Shown: piece after piece, positions 12,203-24,454 of the stretch | Layout of the letters: each line of letters begins with the position of its first letter | Numbering within the stretch: position 1 is the first letter of the stretch | From: Eledone cirrhosa | Taxonomy: Eukaryota | Direction: 5' to 3' | Assembly (NCBI GenBank): GCA_964016885.1 | Contig: OZ024742.1 | Span: 74,958,001 to 75,022,000, forward strand | DNA length: 64,000 nucleotides | Notes under the pieces: model-generated | The model's database searches: none | Seen by the model: only the letters and a program-made list of their open reading frames with translations | Told to the model about the DNA's origin: nothing | Program-made: the position numbers and the translations under genes

Positions 12203-12454
12203 TAAATACACCACCTCACACACACATGGGTATCTTAGGAGTTAGAGTGGTTTAGGAAGGGATATATATGAATATATATAATGCTTTAGTGCATCTCAAG
12301 TGAACAAGCTGTAACCACGTAACTATATTAACAATAATACTAACACTGATTCTAATTCTTTAATTCCAATCCTAATTCTAACTGTAACCGTAACCCTAAT
12401 TTTAGATCTCATAACACGCAACTTTCTACAACTTTCTACACCCGTGCCTTCATA

Positions 12455-13325
12455 ATATAAAAATAAAAATATTGTTTACAGTGCTCAGGTGCACTACAAC
12501 TCATCAAAAAGTGTATGTATAGTACATAGGGTAATGTACAAACGTCAGGAAAATGAACAGTCGTGATATACACATGTGTGCATGTGTATGGAAGGGGTAC
12601 ATCAAGTGTAGTTTTCGCGAATTTCGAGAAGCATGAGGGTTTTAAAGAATGCAGTGTCTCGGCAGCTAACAACTGTCGCAGGCAGTTTGTTCCATGCTTC
12701 AGCAACTCTAAGCATGAAAAAATGTTTCCGAAAGTCATGGGAGCTGTGCTGTTTTCTGATTTTGTAGGCATGTCCACCTGTGTTAGACACATGGAGATCA
12801 AAAAGGTGCTCAGGGCTGTTGTTGGCGAGATGGTTAATAACTTTGTGGGTGTTTACCAAGTCCATTACCAGACGTCGGAGCTTCAATGAATCCATGCCCA
12901 GGGAAGCAAGGCGTTCAGAGTATGGTAGGTGTCTGATGGAGGGTATGCGCTTGGTTGCACGTCTCTGAACAGTTTCCAGGAGGTCAATGTTCTGAGCAAG
13001 ATAGGGGTTCCAGTCTGATGATGCGAATTCCAAGTGTGGTCGTACCATAGCTGTATACAGCTTTAAATAGATGGCTGGAGAGCGGCTAACAAAGGTCTTG
13101 CTGAGTGATGCCAAGACACCCTCGGCCTTCTTGACAATCTTAGAGACATGCTTTGTCCAACGCAAATCGCTGCTGACAGTAATGCCCAGGTCACGTTCAC
13201 AAGAGGACTTCTTGATATCAGTGTTGTGGTGGGAGTATGTGGACGCTGGATTTTTCCTCCCAAAATGCATGGTGGTACACTTGTCCACAGCCAGCTTCAG
13301 TTGCCAGTCTGTGATGATATCATCT
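12455..13325 (-). mobile_element. CR1-clade LINE, 5'-truncated
   Basis: WQLKLAVDKC, ERDLGI, LYTAMVRPHLEF, QRRATK, Y.ERL..L, RVAEAWNKLP. Confidence 0.9.
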
Positions 13326-14073
13326 AAACGAACAATAAAACACAAAACACATACCGTTTTTAAATAAGCTTTATCTTGTTTATTGTATTTTATTACATTC
13401 TAGCTTCTCACTATTGCTTACTCTTCTTAAGATGCCCTTACCCGCTCACACTGCGACATATATATATATATAATAGATTTAGGATTTAGCTTCATGCATA
13501 GCTGTATACAGATATGTATTAGAATTTCGTATTTCTAAAGAAATACGATATGTTTACAGGTAACATTTAGAAAGCCACAGCTCCGAATTATATGACCAGA
13601 ACCCTATAATTGAATGAAGCTACATGTCCAGTGTATGTATCCAATTTCAACCAGTCTTTAAGAAAAATAAAAGATTTATGTTAAATCGTATTCGTTATTT
13701 GCATTAAGTTTTATATTTTAATGCATAATTACAACACATCGCATTACTTCGCAGTTTTTATTATCATGTTAAATATCTTAGTGATATATATTTATGATAA
13801 GGTCGAATTTAACTATGCGGGTATGATGGTCAGTTGTGGGAGTAGCTCTTTTCGAAAAAAAAACGAAAAAAAACGTGGTTTCATTTTATATTTCTTGTAT
13901 CATCATATATAAGTAATCAGTTGTAATCTTTTATTAAACAACCCTATAACATTCTACATCATTATAATATGATATTGAAATAAAATAAATAAAGGGAAAG
14001 AAAAAGATAAAAAGAGAATGAAGCAACGAAGTAAAATGAAGTAGGGAGAGAGGGATATCATCTACATTCCAGT

Positions 14074-14250
14074 TTAAGTAGTGATTCGGGTGTGCCGCGC
14101 AAACAGAATGGTGAAGGCATTGCCACAGAGAATGGCCAGCAAGACCTCACAGAGCTCCTTGCTCATGCGGAGTGCTGTCTTTCCAATTTTACGGAGGAAA
14201 TCGGCAGTGTAGGGACCAGCAGACACCAGAGGTCTCGACGGGGACCAATA
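14074..14250 (-). mobile_element. CRE-like 3' fragment
   Basis: GPYTADFLRKIG...AILCGNA; similar to 10770-11000. Confidence 0.55.
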
Positions 14251-14260
14251 TGAATTACTA

Positions 14261-14455
14261 CGAGGTTTGGCTGAAAAGTGCATAGGTTGACCAAGATACT
14301 CCCATAGAATGATCAAATGGGGCTTACTTTTCACATAGTCCCTGGAAAGAATCAAGACAGTTATTAATAAGAAGAGTTGGAATTAATGTATGCAAAATTT
14401 CCAAGCTCTAGCATCACTCTTTCATAGCCAGCTTATGAACTTTTCAGCCGACCAT
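14261..14455. mobile_element. Mariner-like MITE (~190 bp); other copies at 41072-41260 and partial at 11700-11812
   Basis: Imperfect TIRs GGCTGAAAAGTGCATAGG and GCTTATGAACTTTTCAGCC; shared internal sequence. Confidence 0.7.
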
Positions 14456-15491
14456 CAAACAAGCTAGATTCCACAGTTTGTGTGAAGGTGTGTGGCAATC
14501 CGAAGTGGCAGAGACAAAATAGAAAGAAAGAAAAACAGATGAGGTGGAAGAAAGAATAAACCGAGAAAGCATATTGATGATAACCAGAGAGCAAATGTGT
14601 ACTTCCCGAGCCCTTCACAAGACTAGGGATATTATATATGGTATGGTTGTAAGCAAAAGTTGGAAAAGTAGTTGAATAGTTGTCAAATATTGGGTAGCAT
14701 TTGTGTTGTGTAGAAAATGTTTTAAAGGAATTTGAAGATGTATTTACCTACTGGGTATAATTCTTCCATGTTGTAGAGTAGATTATGTCAACTAACGTTT
14801 ACATGTTTATTATGATTAGGAATTCTAATTGAGTGTTATGTAAACTAACTTAAATTTTAACTTCCACGTAGAAAGTAATTGTTATATTACTGGGCGGTGA
14901 TGTTAAAGAGTTAACCACAGATAATTGACTGAGTTTAAAATATAGGCTTTATCTACGTTCCTAGTAATATTCTTGGGGGGATTAGAGTGTAGACAAGACC
15001 TGTGATTCAGATAAGGTTCGAACCAAACATAATATGACATGGTAGAGAAATAATTCAAAGCTGCGTGACAGAATTGGAAAGACTGGGGATAACAGAGCTC
15101 AATACAGTTAGAAAAGAAGCTAGATATCAAGGATGAAGCTGAAAATAAGTGTGTGTGTGTGGAGGGGGGGGGGTATATTGTTAATGAGCGTGATGCGTTC
15201 CGGATTGCAATGAAGTGCATATCTTGGTGACGTAATTAATTAAATAATACCTATTTATGCTAGAATATAGCTTGTATTAGAATATTTAAAGAAATTTTAA
15301 TGTAAATATGGCTAGAGTTTTTGAATTAGAAGCCTTGTTGTAGAGTAACTATTTTAGCGTTGTCTGACGCAGATAAAAAATCTCCAGATTGCATAAGGAT
15401 AATTTCTTATGTTTGTTCTGTACAGAACGGAAGTAAATGTTTCTAATTAAAAAAAAAAACTATAGTTATAGCTTTATTAAATTTAGATTAC

Positions 15492-15578
<87 letters not shown>

Positions 15579-16440
15579 GAGAGAGAGAGATGCCGATGTT
15601 TTCTTTGTACTTAATACGAATGAGCATCTCCAGCCGATATTTCAGACAAAAAAGCTTAGAAGCGCCAAACTTATACTTACCGAGTAAATGTCACCGACGA
15701 TGGATAAATATCCAGAAACACGTGTTTGACATTCTCATACGGTTGCTGAGATAGCTATTATATTATCGCACATTACAATATTCGTAGAGAGGCTCATATA
15801 TGCTTATTATACTTAAACATATGCCTTCATATACACCTTTATTATGAGCCACACTACCCATAAACAATTGTTTTATGGGAATCTTGTTCATGGAAAAGGA
15901 AACAGTGTAAGGTGAATTAAAGGAGAATTTGAAAAATGTAGCAATTGATAGAATAAACTTGGAAATCTCGCAACGGATCAATTTACTCGGCGTTCAAAAA
16001 TAGGGGATGTTGTGAAAACCTTTAGCCAAAACATAATAATAATTCAAGTAAACATTAAGAGGAAAACAGCTGATGCCTGAATGGAAATTGTCAGTGGGCA
16101 GATTTGAATGGTCATACACAAAGATGACGTCCCGAACTATCAACCAATCGGAGTACTGCGCAAACAGGATGAAAGCAGATGATAGAAGTTAGAAGGGTCG
16201 GAGTCCAGCAGTAAGAGGATTTGCTTCGAAATCACTAGACGTACCTGAGGAACTTGCGAATCCAGAGTCAAGTTCGATCCACAAACAGATCGCACCTCGA
16301 GCTGTTCGTCGGAGAAACAATTGTAATACGTAATAAATTGTATCCGATGCATCACGGATTCTTCGTTTTCCATATTATATATATATATGATGTATGTATG
16401 TATGTATGTATGTATGTATGTATGTATGTATGTATGTATG

Positions 16441-19400
16441 TTTTCTCTTTCTCTTAATTTCGAGTATATTTTTTTGACCGGCCACCTTCCTGGTGGCAAG
16501 GTTGTAAAAGAAAAGAAATTGTCATCCCTTGAATCGCAAGAATGTTTTGCATATTTTGAAGGTCCCAGCTATCGCAGCCATTTGTAGACTATGAATTAGG
16601 GAGCTGCGCTTTTTGTCCGCAAATCCAAGTTCGGTCATACTTTGGTCCAAGCGGGTTGGTATATAACGCGTAGCACCAATAATGATGGGTATGAAGCTAA
16701 AGGTGTATCTTGGATACTGGATTTGTAAGCTCCTCATCAATGGTCCGTAGATGTCCAACTTCTCCTGTATTTTTCTGACAACGTTTACATCAAGTGGGCA
16801 GCTAATCTCCACAACAGAACACGTTTGCAATGTGTGGTCCCAAACTACAATATCAGGCCGGTTGTGCTTTAATTTGGTGGCAGTTTTTATTTTCAGGTTC
16901 CACCAGTATTCCTTAGTGCCATCTGTCTCAATATATTCTTCCTCGTTTGTTGTTAATTTTGTTTTCCGAAGTGCGTTCCAGATAGTTCTAGCTATCCCAT
17001 CGTGTCTCATGGGGAGGTAGTAGCGAGATGACATTCTTTCGCAGCTGGCAACAATGTGGCTTACATCCTCGATCTTTGTTTTACATAGCCTACATTTATT
17101 GTCAGCTGCTGGCCCTCCTCTTTTGTGCAGCAGATATTTGGTAGGGAGTTCTTGTTCCTGTATTGCATAGAGATATCCCTCAAGGTGTGATGTCATAAAC
17201 TTGTCGGAACTCCATGCCAGGCTTTTTGAGTGGTTTATCCCCTCTATGGTCTGTGTTTTACGCCTCAAGTATCCATGCACAACTTTCTCTGTAAATTGGT
17301 CAATTTTTTTTCTTGTTTGAACATTGAATAGGATCTTCCGATTTCTCTGGGTGAGAGATTTATATCAGGCTTTATTCCATATCTCTCCTCCAGATCAGTC
17401 GCTATTCTAATGATATTTCTTTTTTCATGCTCATAAACCTGAGCAAGATGGTCGCCAACCTTTTTCCTCTGTTGAAGGTGTTGCTTCAGTGTTACTATCC
17501 GGGTCTCATATGTTGTTAATATTGATTTTAGACCCCGGCCACCTTCCTTGCGTGAGAAGTATAGCCTATCCACATCACCATTGATGTTAAAGTTCCCAGT
17601 AACACAGAAGTTTTCGAGTTCTAACATCCATCTCACTTAGTTCTTGCAATGACCAGTTCAGTAGGCCAAATGTTGGCGTTAGAATTGGCACAGCATAGGT
17701 ATTGTGGGCAATGTATTTGTTGTATGCTGACAGTTCTGATGACCATATTTTTTTTACTCTTCTGAGGTATTCAGTTCTGGTTCTCTCCTTATTTATGGGT
17801 CCATCATATCTGACATTCTCATCCTGTCCAAGATATCTGTAGTTGTCACCTGACTGCAGAGGTTGTATTGTCAGGCCGTTCATATCTAGATTTCTAGAGG
17901 AGGGCACAGCTCTTCCACGTTTTACTGCCAAATATGCACACTTGGACTCACCAAATTTCATTTTGATGTCGGTTGAAAATTGTGTAATGAGGTCCAATTG
18001 TTTCTTGATGTCATTGATATTTGGCCCATACAACTTCAGGTCATCAACAAAGAAAAGATGGGAGATACTTCTGGGCCCACTTCTTTGTCCACCTTGTTTC
18101 CTGAGTAGGTAAGATAGTGGATTCAGTGAGAGAACGAAGAGTAGTACTGACAAGCTATCACCCTGAAAGATGCCCTTCTGGTAATGTATCCTATCAGTCT
18201 TAACCTGCTCCTTCTCACCTCTAAGGATCAAATTGGTGTACCAGTTCTTGGTCAGGCGTTCAACAGCAGCTACTAATGGTTGTGGGACTTTAGCTAACTG
18301 TAAAGCCTTAATAATCCACCCATGAGGTACACTATCAAATGCTTTTTGATAGTCCAGCCACACGACAGTCATGTTTCTGCGATTCTCTGTTGTTTTTTCC
18401 TGAATCATTTTGTTAGTTAGTAGGTGATCTATGCAACCCCACACCTCACTCTTTCCACCAGCTTGCTCAGGTGTTATGATGTTGTTGGTAGCACAGTGAT
18501 CCTGTAAGAACAGGTTAAGGCACCCAGTATATAATTTATACATGATGTTTTGGCAGGCAATTGGGCGGTAATTTTTAGCAAGGGTGGTTTGGCTATTTTT
18601 GGGAATGAGGAGAGTAGTGGCAGTTGATAACCATCTGGGCAGTTCTTGTGTGCCCTTAATGGTTTCTGTAAACAGCCGTATGAGATCTTGCCGATAGAAA
18701 GTGAAATTCTTCAACCAGTATCCTGTAATGAGGTCTGGGCCTGGCGATTTCCTATTCGACATTTTCTGTAGAGCTGTTTCCAGTATTGACCCATCTATGT
18801 CATATTGTTTTGTCTGGACATGTTGGCAGTAGTCCTGTTCCAGTTGTTTTAGCCAATTAGCTTGTCTGTTGAATCCGTCATCCGTTTCCCATACAGATCT
18901 CCAGTAGTTCTCAACCTGTTCTTTTGAAGGGGTGTCGTTTACAGGGATTGAGCTTTTGCCACCGAAGCTGCGATAAACTGATTTAGGATCTCTGGCAAAC
19001 AATCTATTTAGCACTTGTCGTTTATGGGCTGTTGACTTATGTTTTAGTCTTTCTGTTGTAGCTGTGAGTTGTTGTTTCAACTGGTATAATTTGGAGTTCA
19101 AAGTTTTAAATTTGGTATCTCCAAATCGTCTCTCTAACTTTTTCTTTAGGTCTTCCTGGTGTCGTGTGAAGTTTCTCTCTATGTTGCATTTCATAACGAC
19201 TGCGATGTGTGAGATACTTCGTCTCAGGGACAAAATTTTGGTTTTTAAATTTCGCATCCACGCTGGTTCAGGCTTTCTGTTTGTATCTTGATTGCGTGGT
19301 TTTAGATGTGTGTTATATGATAGCAATGTGACAGCTGAAACATATAACAAAACATTGAGGGTTTCAAATGTCATTTCTACACCTTTAGATCGTATAGCCT

Positions 19401-20335
19401 TCAGATAATTGCCAGCTATTTCGTTCACCGCTTCCAATTCCAATTTAGTGGGTTCTTTACTGACTCTAGTGTTGTATGGTCTGTCACTCACATTAAGGCT
19501 GTGTATCTCTTGAAACATATCGTTCCATATCACTTGTAGGGTGCCCACAAGTTTTTTGGTGCTCTGTTTGTTCAGTAGAGTCATGAATTGCAGCCTCGTT
19601 GTTGATGTGGTGACAATTACTACTAGAGTCAGCTGACCTTTCTCGCTGTTCTTCAGTGGAAGTGGGATGGATTTCAGCAAAATTGTTGGTGAGCTGTTCA
19701 CTGTTAGATTTAGCTGGCCATTCTCTTTGTCTGTCAGTGGAGGTGGGGTGGTTGTCTACAAGGGCTGTATTTGTAGTATCACTCGATTCCGTTAGATGTA
19801 TCAATTTACATCTAATGATACGTTTTGCCTGTTCATTTAGATGCTTTGGAGAAAAGTCTAATTCTGGGTGTTTGGAGTTCCATAAAGTTTTTAGCCTTTG
19901 CATAAAACCGAACTTTTGGGGTTCAGATTGTTTGTATGCTTCATATAATTCTTTGTTAAGCTCGTAGCTCCACTGTATACAACGGTTGTAATTGCGATTT
20001 GGTCGAAGGAGACTTGTACTTTTTGCCATGATGAGTTCGTCTATTCACTAATATTTTGTATTTATTTTTTTTAAATAGTCGATGATCTTCTTTAAAAGTT
20101 ACGACAAAGTTCTGTCAGAATCAAATTTAAAGTTATTCACAGCTTGGGTAATATTTCTTTTCAGTTAGTTTTTAATTCTACAACTGTGTTTTAAACGTTG
20201 TTCTTGAATCGTTTGAATCGAGAACAAAAAGAACCGTTACTTAGTATATTCCTTTACGAATGTAATATAATATAACAACGCTGTATTTATATGTTAAAGT
20301 TTATGTATCATTCATATAAATAGGTGTTCTACAAC

Positions 20336-20336
<1 letters not shown>
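16441..20336 (-). mobile_element. R4/Dong-like RLE retrotransposon, family A copy 2, near full length with three frameshifts
   Basis: ORF pieces 20029-19493, 19701-17587, 17636-17265 and 17280-16522 give N-terminus, RT, CCHC, RHD, RPDIV..D and EISCP nuclease; highly similar to copy 1; (ATGT)n at both ends. Confidence 0.93.
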
Positions 20337-20366
<30 letters not shown>

Positions 20367-20445
20367 TGTATGTATGTATGTATGTATGTATGTATGTATG
20401 TATGTATGTATGTATGTATGTATGTATGTATGTATGTATGTATAA

Positions 20446-20669
20446 TGCACAGGCATTGCTTTATATCTGGAGATCTCTCTGCACTTGTCGTCACATGGTA
20501 CCATGGACCCAGCACTATTTGCCAATAATTGTCACAAGTGTAGTGTTTGTACCAGAGCTTTCAAGTCGCTGGCTGGACTAAAAAGTCACACTCGTTCAGC
20601 GCATCGGTAGGGGTTCTCCTACATGGATATGAAGAAGTGGCCGTACTGGAAAACGAGTTGGCAGCCACC
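20446..20669 (+). mobile_element. 5'-truncated RTE-derived element, subfamily 1
   Basis: Matches 743-964; between two (ATGT)n arrays. Confidence 0.8.
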
Positions 20670-20762
20670 ATGTATGTATGTATGTATGTATGTATGTATG
20701 TATGTATGTATGTATGTATGTATGTATGTATGTATGTATGTATGTATGTATGTATGTATGTA

Positions 20763-20809
<47 letters not shown>

Positions 20810-20850
20810 AAGGCATGTATTGAGTTAGAAACTCAAAATAGTCTCATTAT

Positions 20851-20923
<73 letters not shown>

Positions 20924-20940
20924 TATATATATATAGAAAT

Positions 20941-21015
<75 letters not shown>

Positions 21016-21311
21016 GAAACGAAATTTCATTTCCCACTCTTAGTATGGCTGTTACTTAAATATAAGTATGTACACGTACATACATATATGTATACAGACG
21101 TACAGTAGTATGTATATATACATACATGCACACATATATATACGTACGTATGGATTCACCGAACATTTATTATAATGCTCGGTGTGCTTGTAAACAAACA
21201 TCCCGTATCAAGCCGTAGTGTCTAGCAACCATCGTTGCTCGTTTGTTCAAACACACCGAGCATTATAATAAATGTTCGGTGAATCCATACGTACATATAT
21301 ATATGTGCATG

Positions 21312-21349
21312 TGCTGACGATAGCTAATAAGCTTGAAATTAGTACAGCG
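21312..21349 (+). ncRNA. Type I hammerhead ribozyme with a disrupted helix I 5' strand
   Basis: CTGACGA-TAGC.taataa.GCTT-GAAA-TTAG-TA-CAGCGT. Confidence 0.6.
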
Positions 21350-21466
21350 TTCCTTTGTCAGTGTTGAAGAAACGAGCAACGATGGTTGCTAGACACTACG
21401 GCTTAATACGGGATGTTTATTTACAAACACACCGAGCATTATAATAAATGTTCGGTGAATCCATAC

Positions 21467-21533
<67 letters not shown>

Positions 21534-21775
21534 CATGTATGTATATATATATACATACTACTGTACGTCTGTATACATATATATATGTACGTGTACATAC
21601 TTATATTTAAGCAACAGCCGTACTAAGAGTGGGAAATGAAATTTCGTTTCATTTTTTCCATTTATCGTTTTCGGTACACCCGGCTGATTAACCCACTCGA
21701 TATGCAAATTGGGCTACTCAGCCGTTAATATGCATAAGGTAAGTATATATGTTCAACAATCTGTCAGGAAGGTAT

Positions 21776-21818
21776 ACGTTGCTGACGATAGTTAATAAGC
21801 TTGAAACTAGTACAGCGT
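21776..21818 (+). ncRNA. Type I minimal hammerhead ribozyme
   Basis: ACGTTG-CTGACGA-helix II-GAAA-CTAG-TA-CAGCGT; GUA cleavage triplet. Confidence 0.8.
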
Positions 21819-22019
21819 TCCTTTGTCAGTGTTGAACAAACGAGCAACGATGGTTGCTAGACACTACGGCTTAATACGGGATGTTTGTTTACAAACACAC
21901 CGAGCATTATAATAAATGTTCGGTGAATCCATACGTACATATATATATGTGTGCATGTATGTATATATATATACATACTACTGTACGTCTGTATACATAT
22001 ATGTATGTACATGTACTTA

Positions 22020-22105
<86 letters not shown>

Positions 22106-22326
22106 AGTATGTATGTATGTATACGTACATACACATATGTATACAGACGTACAGTAGTATGTATATATATACATACATGCACACATATATATATATGCAC
22201 GTATCCATTTACCGTACATTTACTATAATGCTCGGGTTGTTTGTTTGTAAACAAACAAACAGCCCGAATTACGCCGTACAGTGTTTAGGCAACCACGTCA
22301 CCTTTTTGTTCAACACTGACACAGGA

Positions 22327-22370
22327 ACGATGTACTAGTTTCAAGCTTATTAGCTATCGTCAGCATCGTA
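22327..22370 (-). ncRNA. Type I minimal hammerhead ribozyme
   Basis: Minus strand ACGATG-CTGACGA-TAGCtaataaGCTT-GAAA-CTAG-TA-CATCGT with a perfect 6-bp helix I. Confidence 0.85.
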
Positions 22371-22770
22371 TACCTTCCTGCCAGATGGTTGAACGTCTGA
22401 AAGTATATACATTCCTTATGCATATTAACGGCTGAGCAGCCTAATTTGCATATCGAGTGAGTTCAGTCGGCCGGGCGCACCGAAAACGATAAATGGAATA
22501 GAATGAAACGAAATTTCATTTCTTACTCTTAATACGGCACTTACTTAAAGGTAAGTATGTATACGTACATACACATATGTATACAGACATACAGTAGTAT
22601 GTATATATATATGCATAGATGCACACATATATATATATATGTACGTATCGGTTTACCGAACATTTATTATAATGCTCGGTTTGTTTGTTTGTAAACAAAC
22701 AAACAGCCCGAATTACGCCGTACAGTATTTAGGCAACCACGTCACCTTTTTGTTCAACACTGACACAGGA

Positions 22771-22814
22771 ACGATGTACTAGTTTCAAGCGTATTAGCTA
22801 TCGTCAGCATCGTA
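22771..22814 (-). ncRNA. Type I minimal hammerhead ribozyme
   Basis: Same motif as 22327-22370, 444 bp away. Confidence 0.85.
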
Positions 22815-23189
22815 TACCTTCTTGCCAGATGGTTGAACGTCTGAAAGTATATACTTTCCTTATGCATATTAACGGCTGAGCAGCCTAATTTGCATATCGA
22901 GTGAGTTCAGTCGGCCGGGAGCACCGAAAACGATAAATGGAATAGAATGAAACGAAATTTCATTTGTCACTCTTAGTACGGCACTTACTTAAATGTAAGT
23001 ATGTATACGTACATACACATATGTATACAGACGTACAGTAAGTACATTTAAGTAAGTGCCGTACTAAGAGTGAGAAATGAAATTTCGCTTCATTCTATTC
23101 TATATATATATATATATTAATATATATATATATTTCGTTTCTGAATTTGTTTAGCAAGATTCTTTATCTGAAAACGTGTGTTGAAACCG

Positions 23190-24122
23190 ATATTGTTATG
23201 CTTTGGGAGGGTCATGTTGCCAATAAGAAACACACGCACCAGTGCTTCACTCCAATTTATTATAAATTAAATTTATAAATTTAAGAATTTATAAATTTCC
23301 GGTTGGTTGGTTGGCTTCATAACCGGATGGTTGTTCATATATTGTCAAAGTTCTTTGGTCACACATTCTGTGACCTCTTCAGTGACTGGGAATTATTTTC
23401 TTTGTTTTGTGCCTCTCCTTTGTTCTATCCTACGCCATTTCCTTTTTGTTAGTGTTGTGTGCTTAGTTTGCGCATGTGTTATATCTGGGGTATGTGAGTG
23501 TTTTTATTTGTTTATTTATTTGTTTATTTACATGTTACTGGTTGGTTGTTTGTTCTATGTGTGTGTGTTTTCATTTTGTCCTTAATTGTAAGTTGTGATG
23601 TTGCTATTCCATTTCTGTTTTCTATTTAATTTTGGTTGGAGTTCATTTATGTTTATTGCCTCTGTGATTTGTCTAAACATTGCGTCTTTTCTGTGTGTAG
23701 ATTTTATTTTTATTTCTATGTTCTCTAATTTGCCCTTATGTTCTATTTTAGCATGTTGGTGGAAACAACCAACCAGTAACATGTGAATAAAAAAATAATT
23801 AAACAAATAAAAACACACACAGACACCCGGATGTAACACATGCGCAAACTAAGCACACGACACTAACAAAAACAAGATGGCGTAGGACAGAACAAAGGAG
23901 AGGCACAAAACAAAGAAAAGAATCCCAAATCACTGAAGAGGTCACATAATGTGTGATGAAAGAACTTTGACAATATATGGACAACCGTCCGGTTATGGAA
24001 CCAACCAACCGGAAATTTATAAATTCTTAAATTTATGAATTTAATTTATAATAAATTGGAGTGAAAGCAACTGGTGCGTGTGTTTCTTATTGGCAACATG
24101 ACCCTGCCAAAGCATAACAATA
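23190..24122 (-). mobile_element. Penelope-like element 3' fragment between ~350 bp inverted pseudo-LTRs
   Basis: 23190-23550 is the reverse complement of 23765-24122; centre encodes HAKIEH..DAMFRQITEAINI..PKLNRKQKW, like PLE GIY-YIG C-termini; hammerhead-like motif at 23929-23971. Confidence 0.7.
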
Positions 24123-24153
24123 TATATATATATATGTATATCATATATATATC

Positions 24154-24374
<221 letters not shown>

Positions 24375-24454
24375 AAGGCACGTATTGAGTTAGAAACTCA
24401 AAATAGTCTCATCATATCATATATATATATATCATATATATATATATCATATAT

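Larger units (their letters stand above)
21013..23102. repeat. Retrozyme-like ~445 bp tandem/inverted repeats (two insertions in opposite orientation) within (TA)n
   Basis: Hammerhead-to-hammerhead spacing 468 bp (+) and 444 bp (-); no real ORF. Confidence 0.8.

Noticed and set aside
12340-12400. TAACCC-like repeats
   Set aside because: Too short and degenerate to call telomeric
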